64,000 nt of DNA from Candidatus Daviesbacteria bacterium (lineage in GTDB: Bacteria > Patescibacteriota > Microgenomatia > Daviesbacterales > UBA10151), in assembly GCA_016187035.1 (NCBI GenBank), contig JACPKL010000010.1, positions 94,616 through 158,615 on the forward strand. Direction: 5' to 3'. This document shows, piece by piece, positions 28,836 through 39,131 of the stretch (position 1 is the first letter of the stretch; every line of letters begins with the position of its first letter). Position numbers and translations under genes: made by a program. The notes beneath the pieces are model-generated. The model had not been told where the DNA came from. It saw nothing but the letters and a program-made list of their open reading frames with translations, and ran no database searches.

Positions 28836-29498
28836 ATGCAAAAAGGATCAGCTCTAATTTTTTTATTGGTAGGAGTATTAGTTATCATTGTAGCTGGCGG
28901 AGCATTTTACCTTGGTAAATTAACCCTTCGTCAAAATTCCTCAGGGCAAACTACACCAAAACCATCTTCAGTGACTGCCGTACAACCCACTCCTCAAACT
29001 ACACCAGTCTCCAGTCCTTCTGATGAAACCGCCAACTGGAAAACATACACAGATACTCAACTGGGGTTTTCTCTTAAATATCCTGAGGGTTGGATAGTTG
29101 AATCTGCAGGAACACCTTCGGGATCAACCAGATTAAACAACAATAATACTAATTGGGGAAAAATTGCTACAGAGCAGAACAAAAAAACATACCAAGTTAT
29201 TGACGACACTTTTGGTGTGGAAATAGTTAGGTCTAGTGACCCAGCTTACATTTCCGATATAGGCGAGAATAGACTAATAAAATCAGAGACAACTGTTGTT
29301 GATGGAATAACTGGCAAGAAGCAATACTTTAGGAACAGCAGCGAACCTCGTCTTGGGACTGGTGTGGCAGTAAAGATCACAAGGGGCAAGTATACGTACA
29401 GTATAGCAGGTGGCCTAACTGACCAAACCCAAGAATACTTAGACTCTCAATATGCTAAGATTTTTGACCAAATTCTTTCTACCTTTAGATTCGACTAG
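28836..29498 (+). CDS. Pilin-like-leader surface protein, PsbP-like C-domain
   Basis: MQKGSA plus TM, P/T linker, NWKTY....GFSLKYP.GW, FDQILSTFRF. Confidence 0.8.
   Translation: MQKGSALIFLLVGVLVIIVAGGAFYLGKLTLRQNSSGQTTPKPSSVTAVQPTPQTTPVSSPSDETANWKTYTDTQLGFSLKYPEGWIVESAGTPSGSTRLNNNNTNWGKIATEQNKKTYQVIDDTFGVEIVRSSDPAYISDIGENRLIKSETTVVDGITGKKQYFRNSSEPRLGTGVAVKITRGKYTYSIAGGLTDQTQEYLDSQYAKIFDQILSTFRFD
28924..28947. repeat. In-frame CCCTTCG..CTCAGGGC element (TLRQNSSG)
   Basis: CCCTTCGTCAAAATTCCTCAGGGC; reverse complement of the CCCTGAG..CGAAGGG family ends. Confidence 0.6.
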
Positions 29499-29518
29499 CT
29501 CACTACAAGTAAATTCCT

Positions 29519-30757
29519 TTAAACCACCAGTTCTTTACCTTGATAGTTTCTTAAGGCTTTACTTTTTAAAGCAACCAGGGAGGTAATCAGGATTACCCCT
29601 GCCCCACCTATTACTACTGATGCCGGGCCACCGATTGCTTTAGCTAAAAATCCAGCCTCTATCTCTCCCAACTGCGGCCCGCCTTGGAAGAAAATTCTGG
29701 TAATTGAGGCCATCCTACCTCTTAGATGATCAGGAGTGACTATTTGCCTGATAGTATTCCTAATAATACTTGAAACCATATCTCCAAAGCCTACTAACAT
29801 CAAAAATAAAAGTGATAAAGTAAAAGATTTAGATAAACCAAAAGCAATAGTAGCTGCCCCGTATAAAATAACAGCCACTATGATCATTTTACCTTGATAT
29901 TTAATTTTATGATGCAAGGCGGCAATGAGAACACCGGCAAATACCCCGCCTATGGCTGGGGCTGAATATAAAAACCCCAAACCTTGCGCACCTACATGCA
30001 ATACATCTTTGGCAAAAACAGGCATTAATATATTGGCTGTCCCAAAAAATGAGGCTAGAAAATCTAAAATCATAGTTGAATAAAGTATGGGGGTGGAAAT
30101 AACAAACTTAATACCTTCAGAAACAGCAGACAAACTAAATTTAACTTTTTCCCTATTGTGCTGATGCAAAGGAATTTTCAAAGCAAAGATTGCTACAATA
30201 AAAAATAGGAAAGAAAAGGCATTAAACAGATAAACCGGGGGTACTCCTGCTGCCCCAATTAAAAAACCGGCAATGGCCGGTCCGATCATAATAGCAGCTT
30301 GAAACTGCAGAGAGCCTAAAGAAACTGCATTCATAAAATTGTTTCTTGGCACTAAATGAGGTATAACCGCTTGCCTGGCAGGAATAGAAAAAGACTGGGC
30401 AGTAGCTATTAAGATCAAACATAAATAGATTAAATTAGGATTGATTACCTGAAAATAGCTTAAGACAAACAGAATCAAAGCAATACCAGCTTGAGTCGTC
30501 AGACTAGCAATTAGCAGCTTCCTTCTGTCCAGCTTATCAACTGTTAATCCTCCAATCAGTGAAAATAATAAAATTGGGATAAAGTTAGCTACACCTATCA
30601 AACCTAATGAGGCAGGATTTCTGGTGATTTCATAAAGTTGCCAAGCTACAGCCACAACTTGCATTTGGTTACCAATCTCAGAAATAAATGCCCCGAAAAG
30701 ATAATTTCTAAAATGTGTTATCTTAAGAGAAGAAAAAGGGGAAAGTGCAGATTTCAT
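29519..30757 (-). CDS. MFS transporter (H+ antiporter / EntS-like)
   Basis: About 12 TMs, GGLTVDKLDRRKL, PDHLRGR. Confidence 0.9.
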   Translation of the reverse strand: MKSALSPFSSLKITHFRNYLFGAFISEIGNQMQVVAVAWQLYEITRNPASLGLIGVANFIPILLFSLIGGLTVDKLDRRKLLIASLTTQAGIALILFVLSYFQVINPNLIYLCLILIATAQSFSIPARQAVIPHLVPRNNFMNAVSLGSLQFQAAIMIGPAIAGFLIGAAGVPPVYLFNAFSFLFFIVAIFALKIPLHQHNREKVKFSLSAVSEGIKFVISTPILYSTMILDFLASFFGTANILMPVFAKDVLHVGAQGLGFLYSAPAIGGVFAGVLIAALHHKIKYQGKMIIVAVILYGAATIAFGLSKSFTLSLLFLMLVGFGDMVSSIIRNTIRQIVTPDHLRGRMASITRIFFQGGPQLGEIEAGFLAKAIGGPASVVIGGAGVILITSLVALKSKALRNYQGKELVV

Positions 30758-30781
30758 CAGTAAACTGATATTATACAGGGT

Positions 30782-31486
30782 GTGAAAATACTTTTGTATG
30801 GCAGAACTGCGAAAAATATAGAAGAATTAGTTAAAAACTTAGGATTTGAAATAGTTAATGCCAATCCGGAAGTAGTTATCAGCTACGGTGGAGACGGCAC
30901 TCTGCTTTCAACCGAAAGAAGGTTTCCTCATATTCCTAAATTACCTATTAGAAGCAGCCAGCTTTATAATAAATGCCCCAAACACACAAATGAAGTGATG
31001 CTGAAAAAGCTGCTAGATGTCAAACTACATCTGAGAGAATACAAAAAACTGGTAACGACAATTTTATATAAAAATTTTTATGCTTTAAACGATTTTGTTA
31101 TCAGAAACTCTGATACCACTCACTCTATCAGATTTAAAACATCTGCAACAGTAGACCAGGTACTAATCGGAGATGGTGTTGTTATTTCTACTCCTCTTGG
31201 ATCAACAGCTTATTTTAAAAGCATTACTGCCAAATCTTTCACTTCAGGATTTGGTTTGGCTTTTAATAATACTACCAAGAAAATTCCTCCTGCCCTATTT
31301 AAAGATCAGGATCAAATAACTGTCAATTTAATCAGAGGTAAGGCAACTTTGTCTTTTGATAACAGTCCTGATATTTTTGTAATTGATGAAAACTCAGAGT
31401 TAACCTTTTCTCTTTCTGACCAAACTGCCCAAATTTATGATGCTGAAACCCTAAGATGTCCTGACTGCAGACTCAAGAAAGTTTAA
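30782..31486 (+). CDS. NAD kinase-like protein
   Basis: GGDGTLL, ALND, GDGVVISTPLGSTAY. Confidence 0.85.
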   Translation: MKILLYGRTAKNIEELVKNLGFEIVNANPEVVISYGGDGTLLSTERRFPHIPKLPIRSSQLYNKCPKHTNEVMLKKLLDVKLHLREYKKLVTTILYKNFYALNDFVIRNSDTTHSIRFKTSATVDQVLIGDGVVISTPLGSTAYFKSITAKSFTSGFGLAFNNTTKKIPPALFKDQDQITVNLIRGKATLSFDNSPDIFVIDENSELTFSLSDQTAQIYDAETLRCPDCRLKKV

Positions 31487-32446
31487 CTGACTTTTGGAAG
31501 TATCAAAGGAAACTTTAATGCCTAATGGCATAGGGATATTGACTGTGAAATGGCCAAAATCTAAGTTAGACATTATAGGAAACCTGTAACCATTTAGGAT
31601 TTCTAAAATCATTTCTTTGATATCTGGAACAACTACTTCTTTTTCTCTGGGAGGCTTTATATAAGTGATTTTACCAATCAGCATACCTGCAATTTTATCT
31701 AAAACTCCAGCATATTTTAGATGTGTTAAAAACCTAGCTATATTATATAAAGGCTCACCCACTTCTTCCCAAAACAAAATAGCTCCTTTCCAGTATTTCA
31801 GAGAAGGGAAATATGGAGTGCCAATTAGATTAGTCAACAAGTGTAAATTGCCTCCTATTAAATGGCCTTCTGTTTTCCCTTTTTTCCACTCCTCCCATTC
31901 AGTTAAAGCATCAACTATTCCAGGCGGATCTGCTCTTGTAAGAAATTTCATAAATATTTCTTTTTGGAACTGTCCTAAGTACTCCTCACCTTCTGCTGAT
32001 GGATGCCCCAACCCAAAAGTCACATCATCCATATGAAATCCCACCATTTTGCATTTAGTTAAAAAAGCCATATGGAAATTGGTCACATCAGACATCCCTA
32101 TATAGGGTTTTATATTTTCTCCAATCATTTCATAATCCAAATATTCCAATACAGAAGATGCTGAATACCCACCAGTTTGGGCAAAAATAGCTTTGATATT
32201 TTTATCAGCAAACATTGAGTTAATATCTTCTGCTACTTCTTTTGGTGTACCTGTCATCCACCATCTTGTTTTACCAATAGTATTACCTTCTTTAATCTTA
32301 AATCCTAAATCTTGAATCACTTTCTTACCCTTTTCATAACTTTCTTTAAACGAGGGCAAAACAGGTAAAGAGGAAGCCACAATTCCAATTGTATCCCCAA
32401 TATTTAATTTAGCAGGCTTACGAATATTCACCGACCCATTATACAA
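31451..32446 (-). CDS. LD-carboxypeptidase (peptidase S66/MccF family)
   Basis: GGY, GMSDVT, G.LIGGNL, LFWEE, DFGH. Confidence 0.9.
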   Translation of the reverse strand: MYNGSVNIRKPAKLNIGDTIGIVASSLPVLPSFKESYEKGKKVIQDLGFKIKEGNTIGKTRWWMTGTPKEVAEDINSMFADKNIKAIFAQTGGYSASSVLEYLDYEMIGENIKPYIGMSDVTNFHMAFLTKCKMVGFHMDDVTFGLGHPSAEGEEYLGQFQKEIFMKFLTRADPPGIVDALTEWEEWKKGKTEGHLIGGNLHLLTNLIGTPYFPSLKYWKGAILFWEEVGEPLYNIARFLTHLKYAGVLDKIAGMLIGKITYIKPPREKEVVVPDIKEMILEILNGYRFPIMSNLDFGHFTVNIPMPLGIKVSFDTSKSQLNFLESAVRTS

Positions 32447-32466
32447 AATGGTATAATTAATTTACT

Positions 32467-32754
32467 ATGACTAAAGTTTCCTACACCCAACTTCAGAAAA
32501 AATATGGGGGAATGTATGTTTTGACTGATAAACCAGAAGGGAAGGTGGTAGCTGCTTCCAGAAATCTAAAAAAAGCTTTCAAAGAGGCTGAGGAAAAAGG
32601 TTATCAAAATCCCGCAGTTCAATTTGTTCCGCCTTATGGAGTCATCGCAATTTATGAAGAAGTACCGATTTTGTTAGGCAGAGCAGGCATCTTAGATAGA
32701 TTTACTATTCATATGGATGCTAAAAAGAAAGAAATTGAATTTGAAGAAATTTAG
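32467..32754 (+). CDS. DUF5678-like protein fused to the C-terminal stub of a retropepsin-like protease
   Basis: KKYGGMYV...GKVVAAS..L..A..EAEEKGY..P followed by VPILLGRAGILDRF.. Confidence 0.6.
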   Translation: MTKVSYTQLQKKYGGMYVLTDKPEGKVVAASRNLKKAFKEAEEKGYQNPAVQFVPPYGVIAIYEEVPILLGRAGILDRFTIHMDAKKKEIEFEEI

Positions 32755-32778
32755 CTACTTAGATCTAAATAATTAATT

Positions 32779-32811
32779 CCATACATTGATACGATCGTTT
32801 AAATGTATGTC
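32779..32811. repeat. 32-bp ACGATCGT-core palindrome
   Basis: CCATACATTGATACGATCGTTTAAATGTATGTC. Confidence 0.88.
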
Positions 32812-32825
32812 AACTATTTAAAATT

Positions 32826-34592
32826 TTAACTCTTTAAAATACTTAAAAATGCTTCTTGGGGGATTTCGATACGGCCTACCATTTTCATTTTTTTCTTACC
32901 CTTTTTTTGTTTTTCCAAAAGCTTGTCTTTTCTGGTCCTGTCTCCACCGTATAATTTAGCAGTGACATCTTTTCTAAATGGTGAGATGGTTTCTCTTGCT
33001 ATAATTGTCCCGCCAATTGCTGCCTGAATTGCCACCAGGAAGTTTTGCCTAGGTAGAACCTCTTTTAATTTTTCTACTATTCTCCTGCCTAACTTTGCGG
33101 CCTTTGGCCTGTAAACTATAGTTGAAAGGGCATCTACTTTTTCTCCCCCAACCAGGATGTCTACCCTGACTGCATCCACTTCCCTGAATTCCAAAAATTC
33201 CCAGTCTAAAGAGGCAAAACCGGATGATACAGATTTTAATCTATCATAAAAATCTGTCACCATTTCAGAAAGAGGCATCTCATATGATAGTTCCACTTGT
33301 ATTCCAAAATGCTGCATATTTAAAAATTTTGCCCGTCTTTCCTGAATTAATTCCATGACAGCTCCTATATAAGTTTGTGGTACAAAAATTTTTAAGCTTA
33401 CCCATGGCTCTTTAATATCTTTAGATGATGGATCTAAATCTGCAGGATTATCTAAACTTTGACCGTTTACTAAATATTCCACAGAAGGGGCAGTTGCCAA
33501 AAGATTAACCCCAAATTCCTCTGATAACCTTTCCTGGACCACTTCTGCATGCAAAAGCCCTAAAAACCCACACCGGAAACCTGAACCCAAGGCTTGAGAC
33601 TGTTCCAACTCATAAGAAAAAGCCGGATCATTTAGCTTAAATTTAGCTAAGGCTTCTTTTAAACTAAAATATTCTGATGTCTCAATTGGGTAAAGGCCAA
33701 CAAAAACCATTGGCTTAACTGCTTTATAGCCCGGTAAAGGCTGTTCATTCAAATCAGTGGAAATAGTATCCCCAACCCTGACTAAATCCGGTACTTTAAT
33801 GCCTGTGGCAATATAACCAATTTCCCCACTTTCCAAACCATTATTAGTAGTCAGCTGGGGGGCAAAAAATCCGGTTTCTAAAACATGCCCTTGTGCTTTT
33901 GTCTGCAAGAAATAAATAGGAGCATTAACTGGTGGGGTTTGGCCCTCTACTATCTTAACTTGTGCTATTACCCCTTTAAATGAATCAAAGAATGAATCAA
34001 AGATTAAAGCTCTTAGGGAATTTAGGGTATTTACCTTTGGAGCTGGAATTCTTTTGACAATCTCCTCAAGAAGTTTGTCCACCCCTTGACCAGTCTTGCC
34101 TGAAACCAGTAGAATTTCCTCACTGCTAAAACCGAAAGTATCTATCAGTTGCTTTTTCGCTGCTTCAATATCAGCATTTGGTAAATCTATTTTGTTTATA
34201 ACAGGGATCAAAGTTAGATTTTGCTCCAAAGCAGCGAAACCATGGGCTAAAGTCTGGGCCTGGATACCTTGTGTAGCATCAACCAAAAGTACAGCTCCTT
34301 CAACTGCTGCTAAAGCCCTTGACACCTCATAAGAAAAATCAACATGGCCCGGTGTGTCAATTAAGTTAAGGGTATAAACTTCCTCTTTGTCATTTTTTTT
34401 ATAAATGTATTCCAATCTGACAGGAGCTAGCTTTATTGTGATTCCACGTTCCCTTTCCAGCGCTAAACTATCCAAAAGCTGTGGTTGTAATTTATCTTTT
34501 GGTACAGTTCCTGTAATTTCTAACAGTCTGTCTGCCAGGGTAGATTTTCCATGGTCAATGTGAGCAATTATTGAAAAATTCCGAATATTCAT
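32826..34592 (-). CDS. lepA: Elongation factor 4 (LepA)
   Basis: IRNFSIIAHIDHGKSTLADR, GFRCGFLGLLH, KLLEKQKKGKKKMK. Confidence 0.98.
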   Translation of the reverse strand: MNIRNFSIIAHIDHGKSTLADRLLEITGTVPKDKLQPQLLDSLALERERGITIKLAPVRLEYIYKKNDKEEVYTLNLIDTPGHVDFSYEVSRALAAVEGAVLLVDATQGIQAQTLAHGFAALEQNLTLIPVINKIDLPNADIEAAKKQLIDTFGFSSEEILLVSGKTGQGVDKLLEEIVKRIPAPKVNTLNSLRALIFDSFFDSFKGVIAQVKIVEGQTPPVNAPIYFLQTKAQGHVLETGFFAPQLTTNNGLESGEIGYIATGIKVPDLVRVGDTISTDLNEQPLPGYKAVKPMVFVGLYPIETSEYFSLKEALAKFKLNDPAFSYELEQSQALGSGFRCGFLGLLHAEVVQERLSEEFGVNLLATAPSVEYLVNGQSLDNPADLDPSSKDIKEPWVSLKIFVPQTYIGAVMELIQERRAKFLNMQHFGIQVELSYEMPLSEMVTDFYDRLKSVSSGFASLDWEFLEFREVDAVRVDILVGGEKVDALSTIVYRPKAAKLGRRIVEKLKEVLPRQNFLVAIQAAIGGTIIARETISPFRKDVTAKLYGGDRTRKDKLLEKQKKGKKKMKMVGRIEIPQEAFLSILKS

Positions 34593-34616
34593 GGTGAGTA
34601 TTGTAGCAAATCTTGC

Positions 34617-36251
34617 TTAAACAGTCTCAGGGAGAATCTCTTTTGATTTAAGCTTCGCTCTAAACTCACCCAATCTCTTAAAAAGCTCTACATACGTGAC
34701 CAGCTCCCTAACATCTAAAAACTTAACTAATAATATATACACCGACAAAGCAAATATAGATGAAGCGCCAGTCAATACTAACAAATTTATTGTCCTGGTA
34801 GTGTCTATAATTACCTGATCCAAAAGTTTTATCGGGATATATAATGCCATACCCATAATTACAGTTGCCATTATCATCTTAAGAAAGGGCACTAACACTA
34901 CCCTCAAGTTAAATTTCCCTACTTTTAAATGAAGAGTCCAAAAAAGCAGTATTCCTGATAGTAAGGCTGAGATGGAATTAGCAAGACCAATGCTCCAAAC
35001 ATCAAATTTTAAAATTACCACAAAAAATATACTTAATATAATATTTAATATCACTACTATTAAAGAAACTATCACCGGTGTTTTTGTATCTTTGAGCGCA
35101 TAAAAACCCCTTACCAAAAGCAGAGAAACAGCTTGAGCAGTTAGCCCAATAGAAAGGTAAGCCAGGGTAGCTCCTGTTAAAACAGTAGCCTCCCAATTAA
35201 ATTGGGAGGCACCGAATATTAACCTTACAACTGGTATTCTAATTACAATCAGAATAACCGTAGCCGGTAAAGCTAGAAAAAGAATTTGGTGAAAAGTAGT
35301 TAAAATAGTAACTTTAAATTCCTCTATTTTTCCCCGAGCTCTTTCAGCTGACAAAACAGGCAAAGCAGCTTGAGCCAAGGTTGCCCCAAAAAGCCCTATT
35401 GGTACTACTTGCAGATGCTGAGCAAAAGTAAGGTATGTAACCGACCCTATAGAGGCTAGAGAAGCTAAAGCAATTCCTACCTTTTCGTTAATTTGCTCAG
35501 CAGCTAGTCCTAAAGTTCTCACACTCATCAATTTAATTAGTTCCCTTACACCTGGATGAAAAAACTTTGGCGGGAATTTAAACCTAAATCCTAAGGACCA
35601 AATAAGCGGCAACTGCACTAAAGCGTGCATTAAAGCACCTAATACTACTCCCCACGCTGCCCCCATAATGCCATACGATCTGGATAAAAATACTATACCA
35701 ATAATTATTCCTAAGTTATAAAAGAGGGGAGCTAAAGAGGGAATAACAAATCTTTGGAAAGATTGTAAAATACCAATGAAAAAAGATCCAAACACCAGTA
35801 TTACTTGACCCAGTAGAATAACTCTGGTCAGAGAAATCACCTGCAATTGTTTATCAAAAGTAAATCCAGGTGCTATAAAGTTAATAATAATAGGCTGAGC
35901 TAATATATAAATTAGGATTGTTGCTAAACCAAACAACCCTAAAAAGATATTCAAAATCACTCTCGCCATCTCAAAAGCATCCTTTTCTCCTTTATTTTCA
36001 TAATGTTCAGTAAAAACAGGAATAAAGGCCACAGACAAAGCCCCCAAAATAACTATCTGAAAAACCAGATCCGGTAGGCTGAAAGCTGCCCAAAAAATAT
36101 CTATCTTATCCGGTGAAAATACATGAGCTAATAAACGATCACGGATTAAACCTAATACTTTAGATAGCATTAAGGTAACCATTATTATAAACGCACCTGA
36201 TAAAATTGAAGTTTGTCTTGAGTAAAGCAGAGAAAAAAGATTTTTAACCAT
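34617..36251 (-). CDS. murJ: Lipid II flippase MurJ (MviN)
   Basis: SKVLGLIRD, AF.LPD, GALSVAFIPVF, RGFYALKDTKTP. Confidence 0.93.
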   Translation of the reverse strand: MVKNLFSLLYSRQTSILSGAFIIMVTLMLSKVLGLIRDRLLAHVFSPDKIDIFWAAFSLPDLVFQIVILGALSVAFIPVFTEHYENKGEKDAFEMARVILNIFLGLFGLATILIYILAQPIIINFIAPGFTFDKQLQVISLTRVILLGQVILVFGSFFIGILQSFQRFVIPSLAPLFYNLGIIIGIVFLSRSYGIMGAAWGVVLGALMHALVQLPLIWSLGFRFKFPPKFFHPGVRELIKLMSVRTLGLAAEQINEKVGIALASLASIGSVTYLTFAQHLQVVPIGLFGATLAQAALPVLSAERARGKIEEFKVTILTTFHQILFLALPATVILIVIRIPVVRLIFGASQFNWEATVLTGATLAYLSIGLTAQAVSLLLVRGFYALKDTKTPVIVSLIVVILNIILSIFFVVILKFDVWSIGLANSISALLSGILLFWTLHLKVGKFNLRVVLVPFLKMIMATVIMGMALYIPIKLLDQVIIDTTRTINLLVLTGASSIFALSVYILLVKFLDVRELVTYVELFKRLGEFRAKLKSKEILPETV

Positions 36252-36347
36252 TTTTATTTAATTGACATTAATATTTTAGAATAAATAGGGTAAAAGAAAC
36301 TAGATATTAATATTGCAGCCAATATACTAATATGTTAAGATCCCACC

Positions 36348-36578
36348 ATGCCTATCATCCGATCAGCAATAAAAAAGGTTAGAAAAGACAAAACAAGAAC
36401 AGCTAGGAATAAAAAAAGAGAGATGGTATTGAAATCTCTGATAAAAAAAGCTCGAACTAGTAAGTCAGCTAAAGATATCAATGCTGCATTTTCTGCTTTG
36501 GATAAAGCAGCCAAGGTGAAATTAATTCATTCAAATAAGTCTGCCCGCTTAAAATCAAGATTATCGAAATTAAAGTAG
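36348..36578 (+). CDS. rpsT: 30S ribosomal protein S20
   Basis: SAIKKVR, LDKAAK..LIH.NKSARLKSRL. Confidence 0.95.
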   Translation: MPIIRSAIKKVRKDKTRTARNKKREMVLKSLIKKARTSKSAKDINAAFSALDKAAKVKLIHSNKSARLKSRLSKLK

Positions 36579-36592
36579 GGTATAATTAATTC

Positions 36593-37180
36593 ATGCCCAA
36601 ACCCAAAAACCCTAAACTAACTATCCGTTTAAATTTATTAAAACCTCAATCTAACCCAGAAAAACTGTTTGTTAAATTAATTAAATGGTTATTATCAACC
36701 GGCCGTTTTATATTTATCTTTGTAGAAGCCTTAGTTCTACTGGCATTTATTGCCCGATTTAAATTAGATGCTGATATAGCTTCCACTAAAGAAGATATCG
36801 AGCAGCAGATACCGTATATAGAAAGTTTAAAACCATTTGAAATCTTGATTAGACAAACGCAACTTAAACTATCAACTATTAATTCTTTTTACGTTAACTA
36901 TCCTGATTACTCACAAGTAATGAAAAAAGTTGCTGATCAAACTCCCGCTGGTGTGAAAATAGGTAATCTCAGTCTTGAAAAGAATATCAATAAAACTACG
37001 ATCCGTTTGAGCGGTGTTGCACAAAATAATACTGATTTATCTGTTTTTGTCGGCGGGTTAAAACAGGACCAATTATTTGTTGATACCACAATAACTAGTA
37101 TAGGTTTTGAAAAAGGAAATATAAGCTTTTCTTTAAGTTTTTCGGCAAAATTAACAAAAAAGGAAGGAAAAAGTTTATAA
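36593..37180 (+). CDS. pilN: Type IV pilus assembly PilN-like protein
   Basis: RLNLLKP motif, TM, coiled coil, ferredoxin-like C-domain. Confidence 0.75.
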   Translation: MPKPKNPKLTIRLNLLKPQSNPEKLFVKLIKWLLSTGRFIFIFVEALVLLAFIARFKLDADIASTKEDIEQQIPYIESLKPFEILIRQTQLKLSTINSFYVNYPDYSQVMKKVADQTPAGVKIGNLSLEKNINKTTIRLSGVAQNNTDLSVFVGGLKQDQLFVDTTITSIGFEKGNISFSLSFSAKLTKKEGKSL

Positions 37181-37219
37181 GCAAAGCTTGAAAAGCGAGC
37201 TTACAGACTTGTTTATAAT

Positions 37220-37825
37220 ATGCGGTCACAATCTCAAATATATTCAAGATATTTCACTTATATAAAGCCAATTACTAAATCACCAATCATCAGAACATAC
37301 GGTTCAACTGTTTTTACTCTAATAATAATAACAATATTTATATTCTTTGCTATAAAACCAACTATTGAAACAATTGTAGTTCTGCAAAAAAAATTAGCTG
37401 ATTCGAATGAGGTTCTAAAAAAGGTTAATCAAAAAGCTAACAATTTATCGTTAGGTAAAGCAAACCTCGAAAAATTGCCTGCAGATATTAAATCTAAAAT
37501 ATCTGCAGCTATTCCTGATACAGCTAGCCTAAAATCAGTTATTCAAAGCCTCGAAAAAACAGCTAAAGCGCACAATGCTTCAGTTTCTGCTTTACAATTT
37601 CAACCACTTGTATTAGAAACAAAAATAGAAAATCAGCTAGGCAAACTTTCGGAGGTTTCTTTCACTTTTAATGCTGAAGGCGAATACCAGAATCTGGTCT
37701 TGCTACTCAGGGATTTAAGAGATAGTGCTAGGTTAATTGCCATAGACAGTCTAACTTTTTCAAAACTGTCTTCAGGTAATGGACTAATTATGTCAATTAC
37801 GGGGAAAGCATATTATCTAAAATAA
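37220..37825 (+). CDS. pilO: Type IV pilus assembly PilO-like protein
   Basis: TM (FFAIKPT), coiled coil, GEYQNL..LL..L....RLI.I. Confidence 0.75.
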   Translation: MRSQSQIYSRYFTYIKPITKSPIIRTYGSTVFTLIIITIFIFFAIKPTIETIVVLQKKLADSNEVLKKVNQKANNLSLGKANLEKLPADIKSKISAAIPDTASLKSVIQSLEKTAKAHNASVSALQFQPLVLETKIENQLGKLSEVSFTFNAEGEYQNLVLLLRDLRDSARLIAIDSLTFSKLSSGNGLIMSITGKAYYLK

Positions 37826-37833
37826 GAACCTGC

Positions 37834-38097
37834 TTGCACTGTTGTATGATAAATTTTACAACAGTGCTCGCAGAACCTTGCCTTTTTGAAAGGATCAAAA
37901 ACGTGAACAAAAAAGAATGGTTGATTGCAGCAATATTAACTTTTATTACTATTTGCGCCTGGGTAATTTTTGATATCATTCATATCAGATCTCAGGTAGA
38001 AATTCCTGCCAAAATTAAAGAAGTCATTGAACCAATCGAACCTAATCTGAATTATTCTATTTTCGAAACATCTCCTCTTCAACCTGAATCACCATGA
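37834..38097 (+). CDS. Small membrane protein (true start probably GTG near 37903)
   Basis: KKEWLIAAILTFITICAWVIFD TM segment. Confidence 0.55.
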   Translation: MHCCMINFTTVLAEPCLFERIKNVNKKEWLIAAILTFITICAWVIFDIIHIRSQVEIPAKIKEVIEPIEPNLNYSIFETSPLQPESP

Positions 38098-39131
38098 GAA
38101 ACATAACTGAAGCAGCAAGCAACTTAATTAAGACATTACCATCGGATTCGCTTTTTGATAAATTCAAAATCCCTACGTTATTAGGATTTGCAATTATTAT
38201 TTTGGGGATTTTTGCTGGAGTTATCTTGGTTTCGAGTAAGCAAATATTTATTTCTAAAGCTTCACCTGATATAGCACCACAGAATGTTACTGTTTCTAAT
38301 CTTTCAGACACTGAAGCAACTATCTCTTATCAAACATCAACACCAGTGACCTCTTTTATAAACTTTGGTCAGATTACTCCCAATGAACAAACTATATTAG
38401 AGGACAAAGACTTATCACAGGCTGATGAACAAAATCCCTCTTCTGGAGCTAAACCGCAGCCTCGTTTAGTGCACTATATTACCTTGAAAAATTTACTTCC
38501 CAAAACCACATATCAATATAAAATTATCACTGGTAAGAAACTTGGTGAGATTCAAAATCTTACCACCGCTTCTCCTCTTAACTCTCAGGTGGGATTCAGA
38601 CCAATTATTGGATCTGTGATAGATAAAGATAGTCCTCTAACTGAGGGGGTAGTTTACCTATCTATTGCAGGCGCAACTACTCAATCTGCACAAATTAAAG
38701 CATCTGGTAATTTTTTAATCCCAGTCTCTCAAATTAGAAAAGATGACTTAACCGATACTTACAGTCTAACAGATGATACTCTTGCCAAATTAATAGTAAT
38801 TTCCAATTCAGGGTCAGCCAGTGCCCTTTTTAAATTCAAAATATCAGGTAATACATTACCTCCGTTAGAATTGGGTAGAGATGTGGATTTAACAAATTTT
38901 TTAGAACCTACTCCAAAACCTGCTAGTCCATCCGCTCAAGAACTTAATGAGCAAAGCTCTTCTACAAATAAGTTTGATCTAAATGGTGACGGAAGAGTTA
39001 ATGCCACAGATAACGCTATCATCTTACAAAATTTTGGCAGTAAACCTAAAAACAATAAAGCTGATTTAAATAACGATGGAAAAGTAGATCAAAAGGACTT
39101 AGACCTGATGGCAAAACAAATTAACCAGTAG
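38094..39131 (+). CDS. Surface protein with FN3/purple-acid-phosphatase-N-like domain and C-terminal dockerin-like repeats
   Basis: HYITLKNLLPKTTYQYKI; DLNGDGRVNATD and DLNNDGKVDQKD calcium-binding loops. Confidence 0.8.
   Translation: MRNITEAASNLIKTLPSDSLFDKFKIPTLLGFAIIILGIFAGVILVSSKQIFISKASPDIAPQNVTVSNLSDTEATISYQTSTPVTSFINFGQITPNEQTILEDKDLSQADEQNPSSGAKPQPRLVHYITLKNLLPKTTYQYKIITGKKLGEIQNLTTASPLNSQVGFRPIIGSVIDKDSPLTEGVVYLSIAGATTQSAQIKASGNFLIPVSQIRKDDLTDTYSLTDDTLAKLIVISNSGSASALFKFKISGNTLPPLELGRDVDLTNFLEPTPKPASPSAQELNEQSSSTNKFDLNGDGRVNATDNAIILQNFGSKPKNNKADLNNDGKVDQKDLDLMAKQINQ

Noticed and set aside
38933-38966. GAGCAAAGCTCTTCTAC hairpin in the dockerin-protein linker as another repeat family
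   Set aside because: Single short copy in the window; cannot be distinguished from chance.
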